DNA from: a virus
Lineage: Duplodnaviria > Heunggongvirae > Uroviricota > Caudoviricetes
DNA: 64,000 nt
IMG/VR virus record: IMGVR_UViG_2879469214_000007
Location: 1 to 64,000 of that record
Direction: 5' to 3' (one strand)
Shown: piece after piece, positions 1 through 8,932 of the stretch
Position numbering within the stretch: position 1 is the stretch's first letter
Layout: every line of letters starts with the position of its first letter
Notes under the pieces: generated by a model
The model's database searches: none
Told to the model about the DNA's origin: nothing
What the model saw: only the letters and a program-made list of their open reading frames with translations
Made by a program: the position numbers and the translations under genes

Positions 1-318
1 ATGAAAAATCATTATACAATCTGCCATAGAAATATTAACGGAGGTAGCGGTCCTATTCTTAAAGAAACGATTGCTTTGCCTAATGTCCGTTCACTGGCAA
101 AATACTTAAATAAATTCAAGAAGAAGAACCCGAAAACCACAGTTATCGTTGCTTATGTATCTGACAGTAGGGGTAAATGTTTGAACAACGTCAAATTCCT
201 GCCCATCGAATATAAAGCTCAAAAGTGGTTAGTCGGCAATAAAGAAAGATTGCTTCTAAACGCAGTTGAGCAAGGCTACGAGCTGAAATGGAACCATGGT
301 CTTAAGCCAATTGGCTAG
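1..318 (+). CDS. hypothetical protein (ORF reaches window edge, 5' end may be truncated)
   Basis: Six-frame ORF of 105 aa starting at the window edge. No recognisable motif. Confidence 0.3.
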   Translation: MKNHYTICHRNINGGSGPILKETIALPNVRSLAKYLNKFKKKNPKTTVIVAYVSDSRGKCLNNVKFLPIEYKAQKWLVGNKERLLLNAVEQGYELKWNHGLKPIG

Positions 319-348
319 CTAAATTTATCAGGAGAGGGTGTAGGCAAG

Positions 349-630
349 ATGTTAAAAAGAGGGTATCAAAACGGTGAGCGAGTCATTGAGATTATTGAAG
401 GAAATGTGGATTTGGTTCTATATAACGATAAGGGAACCAGCTTCTATTTCTACCGCTTCCCGCCCGAAGTCGTGTTCAAGGAAACTATTCCAGCAGGGTT
501 GAATGTTATTAGTCAAATTCAGATTAGGGAAATGCTTGAGCGTAATGGAATTACGGATTACAAGGGACTGCTTAACAGATTGCTTGAACAAGCTTGGGAA
601 GATGAATTGGAAGCGCGATACGAGATGTAG
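349..630 (+). CDS. hypothetical protein
   Basis: 93-aa ORF with an SD-like GGAGAGGG upstream. It lies in a co-directional array of small early genes. Confidence 0.35.
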   Translation: MLKRGYQNGERVIEIIEGNVDLVLYNDKGTSFYFYRFPPEVVFKETIPAGLNVISQIQIREMLERNGITDYKGLLNRLLEQAWEDELEARYEM

Positions 631-673
631 GACTTATAATATAATAATATATCAACAGGGAAGGAAGTAGGAT

Positions 674-997
674 ATGTTTTCTTTGGGAAGAACACAATAT
701 GGCTCATTGGTCTATAGTATGCCTGATGACGACACAAGGCTTTGCCTGAAAAAATTCAAGAGCAAGTATTGGGGGAATGTTGATGCTGAAACATGGGCAT
801 CAAACGATGCGGCAACGTTTGAGGGAACTGGGGAGATTAAAGCACTTTATATTTTGGAAGATGGGAAAGAAGTGCATGTCACCCGAACAGCCGATAGCAG
901 ATACACACTAGTCGGTTCAAGCGAAGATACCCAGCAGTTCATGGAGCAATTGAGCAACAGACCAAGACGCAGAAGCCCCTTTGAGCTTTTTGCCTAA
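674..997 (+). CDS. hypothetical protein
   Basis: 107-aa ORF with SD GGAAGGAAG upstream. The preceding spacer carries TATAATATAATAATATA. Confidence 0.35.
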   Translation: MFSLGRTQYGSLVYSMPDDDTRLCLKKFKSKYWGNVDAETWASNDAATFEGTGEIKALYILEDGKEVHVTRTADSRYTLVGSSEDTQQFMEQLSNRPRRRSPFELFA

Positions 998-1012
998 AGC
1001 GGGTGACATGCT

Positions 1013-1630
1013 ATGAATAGAGAAAGAGCAATAGAGATTGTTCAAAAGTGTATTGCTCTTTCCGGTAATAACCCAAGTATAGAGGAAGCAAAGACTGCAA
1101 TCCTTATGGCACAGCGGTTAATGGCTGAGCATAATATCAGTGACAATGATATCGAGGTAAGCAATGAGCAGAAAGAAGTAGCTCATAATGTCGTTGTTGA
1201 TTGGGGTAGGAATCCATTATGGAAAAGGATTCTTGCTTCGATAATTGCAGAGAGTTTCCGGTGTTTTTGGTATGTTCGTTCGGACAACGGGAAAACACAA
1301 ATCATTATTATGGGGCTGGTTGCCGATGCCGAAATAGCTAGGGAACTGTACTCGTTTGCAATACAATGCTTAGCCAAGGAATTAGCAAAACATAAATACA
1401 ATTCATCGTTGAAAAACGATTTTATATATGGATTTATTGACGGGATTCGACTAAAGCTATCGCAACAGACAGATAGTAATGCTAATACATTATCGCTAGG
1501 ACTACCGGTTGAGGTTAGAAAAGAAGTGGACAGACTAGGTTTTGTTTACACGACTAGCCGAGGTGTGGGTTCTAATGATGACAAGACAGCATATAATATT
1601 GGATTACAGCAAGTCGAAAACTATTTCTGA
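1013..1630 (+). CDS. DUF2786-like protein
   Basis: The N-terminus (RERAIEIVQKCIALSGNNPSIEEAKTAILMAQRLMAEHNI) matches the DUF2786 signature found in many phage and plasmid proteins. Confidence 0.4.
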   Translation: MNRERAIEIVQKCIALSGNNPSIEEAKTAILMAQRLMAEHNISDNDIEVSNEQKEVAHNVVVDWGRNPLWKRILASIIAESFRCFWYVRSDNGKTQIIIMGLVADAEIARELYSFAIQCLAKELAKHKYNSSLKNDFIYGFIDGIRLKLSQQTDSNANTLSLGLPVEVRKEVDRLGFVYTTSRGVGSNDDKTAYNIGLQQVENYF

Positions 1631-1745
1631 AAAGAAATTTGCTATAAAAATTGTGTTCCCTGATAGGCTGTGCTATAATCACACCATAAGAATAGCTACC
1701 ATGGAGACGTGGTTACATATATAAATACAAATACTATTCAGGAGG

Positions 1746-2300
1746 GTGATTATTATGCCAACTAAGGCTGAACAGGAAGCGGAAAAAAAGAAGCAAGAGG
1801 AAGAGGAAGCTCGAAAAGCGGCTGAACAGGAGAATGACAAAGGAAACACACCAGAGGGTAGCCCTGCAATGGCTTCCTTGAGCTTAAAAAGAACCTATGC
1901 TAAGCGATTGGTTAATGCCATTGCCAGCCTAAACAACATTGAGGTTGAAGAACACGAGGATTGCTATTTGATTGCATCGCCATTTATTCGGGTGAATAGG
2001 AGCGATGTTGAGCATGTGGCTGGGAAAATGTCAGATGCGAAGTGGCGTATGCTTTTCGTCAACCGCTCAGGAGAAATTCGTGAGTTTACCAATGAGCGAT
2101 TCATTATGGGTACTCCTGTACAAGCTACGCAAGCAGAAGATGAAAAGGATGTCGTTCAAATTAATGTCCGTATCGACTCTCTTGTTAAAGCAGATGTAGA
2201 CAAGTACCGTTCAAAAGACTTCCTAGACCTTACTCAAAATGCTTTTGTTGAAGAAGCACTGAGAGAGTTCATCGTTAATATTAAAAAAGACTTGCTATAA
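1746..2300 (+). CDS. hypothetical protein with K/E-rich N-terminus
   Basis: 184-aa ORF with a strong SD AGGAGGG. The N-terminus (AEQEAEKKKQEEEEARKAAEQ) is low-complexity and charged. Confidence 0.4.
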   Translation: MIIMPTKAEQEAEKKKQEEEEARKAAEQENDKGNTPEGSPAMASLSLKRTYAKRLVNAIASLNNIEVEEHEDCYLIASPFIRVNRSDVEHVAGKMSDAKWRMLFVNRSGEIREFTNERFIMGTPVQATQAEDEKDVVQINVRIDSLVKADVDKYRSKDFLDLTQNAFVEEALREFIVNIKKDLL

Positions 2301-2313
2301 AAGGAGGATTTTT

Positions 2314-2565
2314 ATGCAAATACCGGAACTAGTCATTGGTAAGTCGGCTATTTATTTCGACCGTGACAAAGTTCCTCATGCCATAAGAGTAATGGTGACA
2401 AAACACATTGATGGAGACGAGTATATAGTTTCTGACTTCGATAATCCAAGTGTGTTTTATAAAACAGGCGGTTGGCACTTCACGATTGAAAAAGAGAAGG
2501 ACCAGCCAGATGAAACCGCCCATGCTGTTTATCTTAGCGCGTATGAGGATGCAATCGGGGCTTAA
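2314..2565 (+). CDS. hypothetical protein
   Basis: 83-aa ORF with SD AAGGAGG 7 nt upstream. Confidence 0.4.
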   Translation: MQIPELVIGKSAIYFDRDKVPHAIRVMVTKHIDGDEYIVSDFDNPSVFYKTGGWHFTIEKEKDQPDETAHAVYLSAYEDAIGA

Positions 2566-2626
2566 TTAGCCCCTTGTTTTTCTCATAACGTTATAATATA
2601 ATTATAATACAATAAGGAGGGATGTT

Positions 2627-2869
2627 ATGCGCTTCTTCATGCAAATTGATGGGGATGGTATTTATGAAATCAATACGAGTGAAATGGAAATGGAAAAGGA
2701 ATTTATAGAAGCACTTAATGCACGTAAGAAAAGCGGGGAGAACATTACCTTTGACATCACAGGTCTTGGGATTCTTCAAGTGGACGATATGAAGTTGGCG
2801 TATAAGAAAAGGACAGTCCATATCTTCTGCACTCTAATATTAGATTACAGGGAGTATCTTGTACTATGA
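2627..2869 (+). CDS. hypothetical small protein
   Basis: SD AAGGAGGG upstream. It is preceded by a TATAATATAATTATAATA promoter-like motif, and its stop overlaps the next start. Confidence 0.4.
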   Translation: MRFFMQIDGDGIYEINTSEMEMEKEFIEALNARKKSGENITFDITGLGILQVDDMKLAYKKRTVHIFCTLILDYREYLVL

Positions 2870-3192
2870 TTTCACTGGAAAATGAAGTTAGGGAACTCAT
2901 AAAACGTAGACGGAATCAGGTTTTAATCCATTCAATCATTTACTACCGCTATGGGACTTCGGTAATTGATGATAAGAAGTTTGATGAATGGGCTTACCAG
3001 CTTGCCGCACTTCAATTACAATATCCTGAGATTTCGGAGCAATGTCCATATGCACAAGAGTTCAAAGGATTTGATGGAACAACCGGGTATCATCTGCCAA
3101 TGTACGATAGCGGATTGCTTAGCAAAGCATTGTACATTATTCAGATAAGCCAACAGTTCAATAAAGAGCAACCGGGAGGACACGCAGGATGA
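2866..3192 (+). CDS. hypothetical protein
   Basis: 108-aa ORF translationally coupled to its neighbours by ATGA overlaps. Confidence 0.35.
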   Translation: MISLENEVRELIKRRRNQVLIHSIIYYRYGTSVIDDKKFDEWAYQLAALQLQYPEISEQCPYAQEFKGFDGTTGYHLPMYDSGLLSKALYIIQISQQFNKEQPGGHAG

Positions 3193-3422
3193 AAAGTAAA
3201 ATGAGCCTTTGGAATGCAATGATGATTTACAGGGATAATGTAGAGCAACTTGAAAGGATAAAAAAACAGCTCTATGTCGCGGCAATGAATAATCATAATA
3301 TGGAAGTGAATAGATTGCGCCCAATCATTCGAACGTATGAGCATGATATCGAAGTTTTTGAACAACAGATTATTGAGTTTGACATGATTCAAAGTAGTTC
3401 ACCAAAGGAGGGGCAACAATGA
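3189..3422 (+). CDS. hypothetical small protein
   Basis: 77-aa ORF whose start and stop are both coupled to neighbouring genes. Confidence 0.35.
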   Translation: MKSKMSLWNAMMIYRDNVEQLERIKKQLYVAAMNNHNMEVNRLRPIIRTYEHDIEVFEQQIIEFDMIQSSSPKEGQQ

Positions 3423-3805
3423 ATAAGCAGGAGTATGAAGCTTTGACTGGCGTTAGTGAAATCCCGAATATCATTCAGGCTTTTGACTTGACGAACCAAG
3501 AAGACCGGACATTGCTGTATGGCTATACGTGTGACAGAGAAACATGGCATGTGTATTTAAAAGGTCTTGAAATCCATACCTACGTATATGGGGGCTATAA
3601 TAGCAGTGAAGGCTATGAGGTTTTTCCGACCCATAATAATCATTTCGTGCCGGACAAGAGACTGTATCCAGAACGCTGTGACTTTGAGTTCTGCAAGCTT
3701 CTTAAGATGCAAGGAGTGAATTTAACGTTTACCAGTTGGTCCGATGATGTAACCCAGCGTAAATATTATGGCGAGATTATTAAGGCAGAGGGGGATGACC
3801 AATGA
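3419..3805 (+). CDS. hypothetical protein
   Basis: 128-aa ORF with SD AAGGAGGGG upstream. Coupled to the next gene. Confidence 0.4.
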   Translation: MNKQEYEALTGVSEIPNIIQAFDLTNQEDRTLLYGYTCDRETWHVYLKGLEIHTYVYGGYNSSEGYEVFPTHNNHFVPDKRLYPERCDFEFCKLLKMQGVNLTFTSWSDDVTQRKYYGEIIKAEGDDQ

Positions 3806-4011
3806 CAAGCGAATACCTCGAAACTCATACAAGCAGTTGGCACTTGGAGAAAGAGAAGGGTCGTGCCGCGTTATGGAGCTTCTTCGATAGGGTAGATTGG
3901 AAGCATAAACACGCTATCAAAGTGGATGGTGAGGTTAAGTCTGTGTTTGATACAAATGAACATGAGCTTGACCAGCATGAAGTTTTGCGGATTGTGTCTG
4001 AGTGCCTATGA
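3802..4011 (+). CDS. hypothetical small protein
   Basis: 69-aa coupled ORF. Confidence 0.3.
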   Translation: MTSEYLETHTSSWHLEKEKGRAALWSFFDRVDWKHKHAIKVDGEVKSVFDTNEHELDQHEVLRIVSECL

Positions 4012-4259
4012 AAAATATATTTTTAGATGTTACTGTTGTCATCCCTGTATTAACATTGATAAAAGGCGAAAAAGACCATAAGTTGGAGTGTCATAAGGTA
4101 GCCAATCTTAACACCCCTGCTGTTCAGAATATACTATTCTACCTTGAGGAAGGTCATTTGCTCAAGATTAAGAACCTTGGATTGCTCTCTGTTAAGTCAG
4201 TAGATTACACTGCTGGCGGCGGTCTTACGCTGGTTTGCAAGAGGTTGAGAAAAGGGTAA
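4002..4259 (+). CDS. hypothetical protein
   Basis: 85-aa ORF that is the last member of the coupled array. Confidence 0.3.
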   Translation: MPMKNIFLDVTVVIPVLTLIKGEKDHKLECHKVANLNTPAVQNILFYLEEGHLLKIKNLGLLSVKSVDYTAGGGLTLVCKRLRKG

Positions 4260-4267
4260 AAACAATC

Positions 4268-4320
4268 CGTTGTTTGTCCTTGTCAATACGCAAGTCAAAC
4301 ACTTATAATATAAATATAAG
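4268..4320 (+). promoter_or_regulatory. conserved phage promoter element (TTTGTCCTTGTCAA ... TTATAATATAAATATAAG)
   Basis: A copy of the repeated bipartite intergenic motif, placed directly upstream of the small-TM plus SPFH gene pair. Confidence 0.5.
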
Positions 4321-4334
4321 ATAACGAAAGGTTG

Positions 4335-4508
4335 ATGCGATTGATTGGTTTAATGTTTATCATCACGTTAGCTGTGGCTGGCATCATCTATCTGGCTCTG
4401 GCTCGTGTGGGGTTCTTCACAATAGTCGGGGGCTGGATGGAGAAGGCAACCAAGCCCTTCAAAGAGGGCGACAAGGTAAGGGAAAAATTAAAAGGAGATG
4501 GTAAGTAG
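4335..4508 (+). CDS. small membrane protein (57 aa) upstream of the SPFH gene, possible NfeD-like partner
   Basis: ATG at 4335 reads MRLIGLMFIITLAVAGIIYLALARVGFFTIVGGW... The ORF is not in the supplied track because it is under 60 aa. It has one TM helix and its stop overlaps the start of the SPFH gene. Confidence 0.35.
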   Translation: MRLIGLMFIITLAVAGIIYLALARVGFFTIVGGWMEKATKPFKEGDKVREKLKGDGK

Positions 4509-5397
4509 AATGAGTAAGTTTTCTAAAGGTGCAGTAGCAACAGGGATTGTAGCAGTATTGGTTGTAGGTGGATTCTTCGCTTTCACTACGAAGGTTAATA
4601 CAGGGAATGCGGGACTAGTAATCAATTTAAATGGTGGTTTGGAAGACAAGGTTCTGGGACAAGGATTAAAACCGGTTGCTCCTTGGAAAAAGGTTGTGGA
4701 ATATCCGATTTCAACAGAAACGGTATATATTGACGAGGAACACGGCTCGGCTCCGTTCCCAACGACCACGAATGAAGGCAAGCAAGTCCCGGTTGACGCT
4801 CGATATTCATACCACATGGATGTTAAGCGCCTACCAGATATTTATGCTAAGTTCAAAGGTGTAAGCAATACAGTTATTGAGAACGGCTGGATTAAAACCG
4901 AATTGCAAAAGACGGTTCGCTCTGTAACCTCTCAGTACACAGTATTTGAACTGAATGGAGCAAAGATTTCTGAAATCAACGGTAAGGTTCTTGAGCAATT
5001 GACTGCTGACCTAGCGAAAGATGGAATCGTTCTTGAAGACTTCTCCATTGGCGCGATTCATCCAGATGCAAAAACTCAGGAATCTATCCAAGCCAATGTA
5101 GACGCTCAACTTGCCCTGCAAAAGCTAGAAATGGAGAAAAAGCAAAAGGAAATCGAAGCTGAGAAAGCTCGCATTGAAGCCAAAGGTAAAGCTGACGCGG
5201 CTACTATCGAAGCGCAAGGTACTGCTGATGCCAATAAGTTGCTTGAGAAATCAATCACGCCGCAACTCATTCAGTTGAAAGAGCTTGATGTTCAAATGGA
5301 GATTGCTAAGAACCAAAACCTTCCACGCATTTTGATGGGCGGCAACGGTGACACAGGTAGCGCAATTCTTAACATCCCAAGTGAGTTTACAAAGTAA
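4498..5397 (+). CDS. SPFH/band-7 (prohibitin/flotillin-like) membrane protein
   Basis: An N-terminal TM segment (VATGIVAVLVVGGFFAF) is followed by a band-7 core (GNAGLVINLNGG...VYIDEEHG). The C-terminus is a coiled coil with EKKQKEIEAEKARIEAKGKADA heptads. Confidence 0.7.
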   Translation: MVSRMSKFSKGAVATGIVAVLVVGGFFAFTTKVNTGNAGLVINLNGGLEDKVLGQGLKPVAPWKKVVEYPISTETVYIDEEHGSAPFPTTTNEGKQVPVDARYSYHMDVKRLPDIYAKFKGVSNTVIENGWIKTELQKTVRSVTSQYTVFELNGAKISEINGKVLEQLTADLAKDGIVLEDFSIGAIHPDAKTQESIQANVDAQLALQKLEMEKKQKEIEAEKARIEAKGKADAATIEAQGTADANKLLEKSITPQLIQLKELDVQMEIAKNQNLPRILMGGNGDTGSAILNIPSEFTK

Positions 5398-5464
5398 TTA
5401 TATTATAAATATAATATTATACTGGAGCTGAAAAGCTCCTTTCTAATTATAAGGGGGTGAAAAA

Positions 5465-5728
5465 ATGGAAGTTATTCAAAATCCAGAGGAAAATGCGAAC
5501 AAAAATGCGAACACTAATGAGGATATCGTGAATATTATCCTTGCAGGGTACTACAGTTTAATAGAAGCGATTGAAAAAGAAAACGGAATAATGGATGAAA
5601 CTGATAAGGTAATTTTGTTCAATGGATATATTGCTGGTATAACATTGATAGCACCGGGGTTAGCAAATGTTATCAATGAAGATATACTAAGCAAGGTTAA
5701 TCTAACTGTAGTCAATCATAAAATCTAA
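5465..5728 (+). CDS. hypothetical protein
   Basis: 87-aa ORF with SD AAGGGGGTG upstream. Confidence 0.35.
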   Translation: MEVIQNPEENANKNANTNEDIVNIILAGYYSLIEAIEKENGIMDETDKVILFNGYIAGITLIAPGLANVINEDILSKVNLTVVNHKI

Positions 5729-5744
5729 TATTAGATAGTAATTT

Positions 5745-5935
5745 TAGTAATTGGTGACTAGCTAATTCGATGTTTTTTGCGCAAGGAAGAAAAAGGAAAT
5801 CCCTGAAATTACGCGCAAAATCACGAATTAAGTCGATTTTTGTCGAAATAAAGTGGCTTTAGTCACCTGATTATAGTTCGAACTATGTATATACCCGCAT
5901 TACGACAGGGTTAAACAAAAAAATAAAAATTTTTT
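5745..5935. other. ORF-free structured intergenic region with nested inverted repeats
   Basis: Outer inverted repeat GGTGACTA ... TAGTCACC. Inner inverted repeat TTTTGCGC ... GCGCAAAA. It also shares the motif AGTCGA(T/A)TTT with the 10.53-10.68 kb spacer. Confidence 0.3.
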
Positions 5936-5937
5936 TG

Positions 5938-5990
5938 GGTTTGTCCTTGCCAACTTCTTCCGTCGTAATTATAATATAAATATAAAACAA
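5938..5990 (+). promoter_or_regulatory. conserved phage promoter element (TTTGTCCTTGCCAA-N-TAATTATAATATAAATATAA)
   Basis: Canonical copy of the bipartite motif, 40 nt upstream of the amidoligase pair. Confidence 0.55.
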
Positions 5991-6025
5991 ACAGAGACTA
6001 TTCAAGAAGGAGATAGAACGCACTT

Positions 6026-6916
6026 ATGAATAATGAATTAGCTGTACGCCGCAAAGTTGGAATTGAGATGGAAGGCTATATTGAAAACTACCCCGAGGAC
6101 GTTGAGTTGGTCGGAGTGAAGATTAAGCAAGACGGCAGTTTAGATAACTGCGACTGGGATTATCTCAATGAACCATTCGGCGTTGAGCTTTGCACGGAAC
6201 CCATGACAGACATATCTCTCCTTCGTGAAGTCTGGAAAGACATGAAGCATAACAACTGGACGGTTGATGATAGAGCAGGAACTCACATCCACGTAGACGT
6301 ATCGGATTTCAGCGTGGAAGAGAAGGTTAAGCTGTTGCGCTTCGGTAAAGGAATCGAACGAATTATCTTCCTGTTCGTGGACGACTACCGTAACAATAAT
6401 GAATACTGCTATCCGCTCCATAAGGAATGGAGAAAGGTTTTCCGTGGAGATAACAAGTACGCGGATATCGACTGGAACTCCATCACAGATGACGAATTTG
6501 AGGGTGTGAACGAATACCTGTACCAGCGTTTCCGCAATCCAGACCGCTACTACTCTGACCGAGAGCAAGTTATCTGGAACGGCAAGTACCAATGGATGAA
6601 TATCTTTGGAAGCCGATATCCAACGGTTGAGTATCGTCTGTATCAAGCAGTGGAAGACGTAGAGGTTCTGATTCAACAAGCGCTCATGTCGGAAGCTATC
6701 GTAAACCTTGTGAAGAACCACAGCTTGGCACAATTGGAATACATTATCAGGGAACTCTACAAGCAGGAAACAGTTGACGCTACTGTAGAGATGTTTTTCG
6801 AGACATTGGGACTGGACTTCAAACTTGAAGTTCGCGGGGAAAGAGCACAGAAATACTTGGCTGGTAAGCTGGCGGCTAAAAATGCAGTAAGTGAAGTTGT
6901 AGAACAAGGGGCGTAA
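6026..6916 (+). CDS. amidoligase / GCS2-like carboxylate-amine ligase (glutamine-synthetase fold), paralog 1
   Basis: VGIEMEGYIEN gives an E-x-E metal/ATP motif, AGTHIHVDV gives the His pair, and TVEYRLYQAV gives the E-[FY]-R motif. All three are typical of the GCS2/YbdK and phage amidoligase family. Confidence 0.55.
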   Translation: MNNELAVRRKVGIEMEGYIENYPEDVELVGVKIKQDGSLDNCDWDYLNEPFGVELCTEPMTDISLLREVWKDMKHNNWTVDDRAGTHIHVDVSDFSVEEKVKLLRFGKGIERIIFLFVDDYRNNNEYCYPLHKEWRKVFRGDNKYADIDWNSITDDEFEGVNEYLYQRFRNPDRYYSDREQVIWNGKYQWMNIFGSRYPTVEYRLYQAVEDVEVLIQQALMSEAIVNLVKNHSLAQLEYIIRELYKQETVDATVEMFFETLGLDFKLEVRGERAQKYLAGKLAAKNAVSEVVEQGA

Positions 6917-7881
6917 TGCCCCTTTTTAACAAGGAGGGTTGCGCTGTGGCGGCGCTGTATAGAAAGTTTGGGATTGAAATGGAAGGCTACATAAACACAC
7001 ATCCAGATTATTTAGGCATCAGAGACGCTAAGGCAAAGCGAGATGGAAGTTTGCGGAACAATCATTGGCACAGAAGTATGGACGAATTTGGCGTTGAAAT
7101 AGCAACAGACCCCCTAACTGACTTCTCCAAGGTAGAGCGTATCTTCGAGAGAATGAGGGTGGCAGGATGGCATGTAGACAACCATGCTGGGACACACGTA
7201 CACATCGAGATAGCCGACTTTTCGGAGCAAGATAAGGCAAAGCTACTTCGATTCTGCAAAGGCATAGAACGTATTATATTCATGTTCGTGAAGGATTATC
7301 GTAATGGTAATCACTACTGCAAGAAATTATCGGATGATTTCCGAAAGATATTCAAGCCGAAAGAGAATAAGCTTCGACGACGAAGTTCTTCTGGTCAAAT
7401 ATTATACCAGACGGTTATGGAATCCAGACGCTATACTGATGTTCCAAGGGACGGATTGATTGGGGCATTGCAACGGAACGGTTTTAGTGTAGACAACAGC
7501 AAATACTACTGGCTCAACGTATATGGCAGTCGTTACAAAACAGCGGAGTTTCGTATATTCCATGCTGTAGAGAGCCTTGAGGATATCCGATTCTTTGTTA
7601 CAATGGCACATAACATCGTAGAGCTTGTAAAGCATGTATCCGTAGAACAGTTGGAGTTCATTATTCTCAGCCTATATGAATCGAGGGATGCACAGACAAT
7701 GGCGGCAAACTTTCTTCAATTGCTGGGAATGGATGGAGAGTTTAATATTATATTTAATGGTCCAAAGGCTTGCGCCTACATTGAGGAAAAGCTCAAGAAA
7801 AAGCATCTTAAGCGTAAGCAAGAAGCTAGTGAGCTTATGGAGCGAGTGAATCGGGAACGAATCGCATCATTGAGGGCTTAA
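6916..7881 (+). CDS. amidoligase / GCS2-like carboxylate-amine ligase, paralog 2
   Basis: It shares all the motifs of the upstream gene (GIEMEGYIN, AGTHVHIEI, KLLRFCKGIERIIFMFVKDYRNGNHYC, TAEFRIFHAVE). It is a tandem paralog whose start overlaps the previous stop. Confidence 0.55.
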   Translation: MPLFNKEGCAVAALYRKFGIEMEGYINTHPDYLGIRDAKAKRDGSLRNNHWHRSMDEFGVEIATDPLTDFSKVERIFERMRVAGWHVDNHAGTHVHIEIADFSEQDKAKLLRFCKGIERIIFMFVKDYRNGNHYCKKLSDDFRKIFKPKENKLRRRSSSGQILYQTVMESRRYTDVPRDGLIGALQRNGFSVDNSKYYWLNVYGSRYKTAEFRIFHAVESLEDIRFFVTMAHNIVELVKHVSVEQLEFIILSLYESRDAQTMAANFLQLLGMDGEFNIIFNGPKACAYIEEKLKKKHLKRKQEASELMERVNRERIASLRA

Positions 7882-8175
7882 AGATGAATTGGATAAACAG
7901 CATTCAGTATGGATATCATTTGTACAAATACTACAAGTCGAAAATCCTTTCCAAAACCATTAAGCAATGATATAATATAAATATAATATAAGCGGTGGTG
8001 ATGGAATGGCAACAAGTGCGGCAAAAAAGAAGCTACTGCACGCTCTCAGGCAAAAGGGAAAAGGCGCTCATGACCCTAGAGCAAGCCGAGGAAGCTGGGG
8101 TAATGTAAAACCTGTGGTTCGAATCAAAGAGAGTAAGCGCAAGGAGATTTCTAAAGAGGATTGGAGCTGAGGTAG

Positions 8176-8616
8176 ATGTTTGTTTTAAAAAAAAGCAATC
8201 AGTATATGCGATTCTTACGCGGTCGGCTTCGGGATGATAATCATTTTGTTGTGCTAGGTGCTTTGTGGACAGAAGATTTGCAGGAAGCCAAGGTTCTTCA
8301 AATAAGACATGTTTCCCTTACCGAAGATATCAATATATTTTTAGAACAAGTGAGGAAGAGATATGGGCAAGATGTTGAACCCGTGGACATCAGGTATGTA
8401 GAGCTAAGGCATATGACTGAGCCAAAAATCATGCAAACCATCAATGGTTGGAGACTATGGGAGAATGATTTCAAGGGTTTCCCGGCAACCAAAAAATATG
8501 TGACATTTCACCAAATTTACGATGGGCACTATTGGGAACAACACGACACATTAGAGGAAGTAATTAGCTTCTGCACTCCTGAACGTTATGAAGAGTGGCA
8601 CAATGAATTAGAATAA
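8176..8616 (+). CDS. hypothetical protein
   Basis: 146-aa ORF with no recognised domain. Confidence 0.4.
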   Translation: MFVLKKSNQYMRFLRGRLRDDNHFVVLGALWTEDLQEAKVLQIRHVSLTEDINIFLEQVRKRYGQDVEPVDIRYVELRHMTEPKIMQTINGWRLWENDFKGFPATKKYVTFHQIYDGHYWEQHDTLEEVISFCTPERYEEWHNELE

Positions 8617-8671
8617 GGAGTATACTCTAAGAGTATATTTATAGAGTATAATCTATGCGGGAGGTGAAGCG

Positions 8672-8932
8672 ATGAATTTCAAAAATTGGTCAGGCGTGGC
8701 TGGGACTGTTCTGATAGTCTTGATTGTATTCGGCTCATTTGTTGCTGGGTGCCGGGAGCAAGAAGAAACAAAACGCGAGACAATTGAGTTGCAAACTGAA
8801 CAAGCTAAGCTTGATAACGAACTAGCTAAACTTGAAAATGAACGAACTAAGCTCGAAAATAAAAAAGTACAGCTATATATGATACGAGAAATGAATGCAC
8901 ATTCTGAGAAGATGGAGAAGGAGTTAAAATGA
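8672..8932 (+). CDS. membrane-anchored coiled-coil protein
   Basis: An N-terminal TM segment (GVAGTVLIVLIVFGSFVAG) is followed by ELQTEQAKLDNELAKLENERTKLENKK heptads. Confidence 0.45.
   Translation: MNFKNWSGVAGTVLIVLIVFGSFVAGCREQEETKRETIELQTEQAKLDNELAKLENERTKLENKKVQLYMIREMNAHSEKMEKELK

Noticed and set aside
6140-6907. Long antisense ORFs inside genes (6140-6907 -, 15542-16219 -, 33614-34399 +, 43313-43768 +, 49671-50126 +, 55175-56131 +)
   Set aside because: They lie entirely within clearly conserved genes on the opposite strand. They have Leu/Ser/Cys-rich shadow-frame composition and no SD, so they are treated as non-coding shadows.
8112-8140. GGTTCGAATC word resembling a tRNA T-arm
   Set aside because: The flanking sequence cannot form a T-stem, acceptor stem or anticodon arm. 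It lies in a short spacer or small-ORF region, so it is a chance match.
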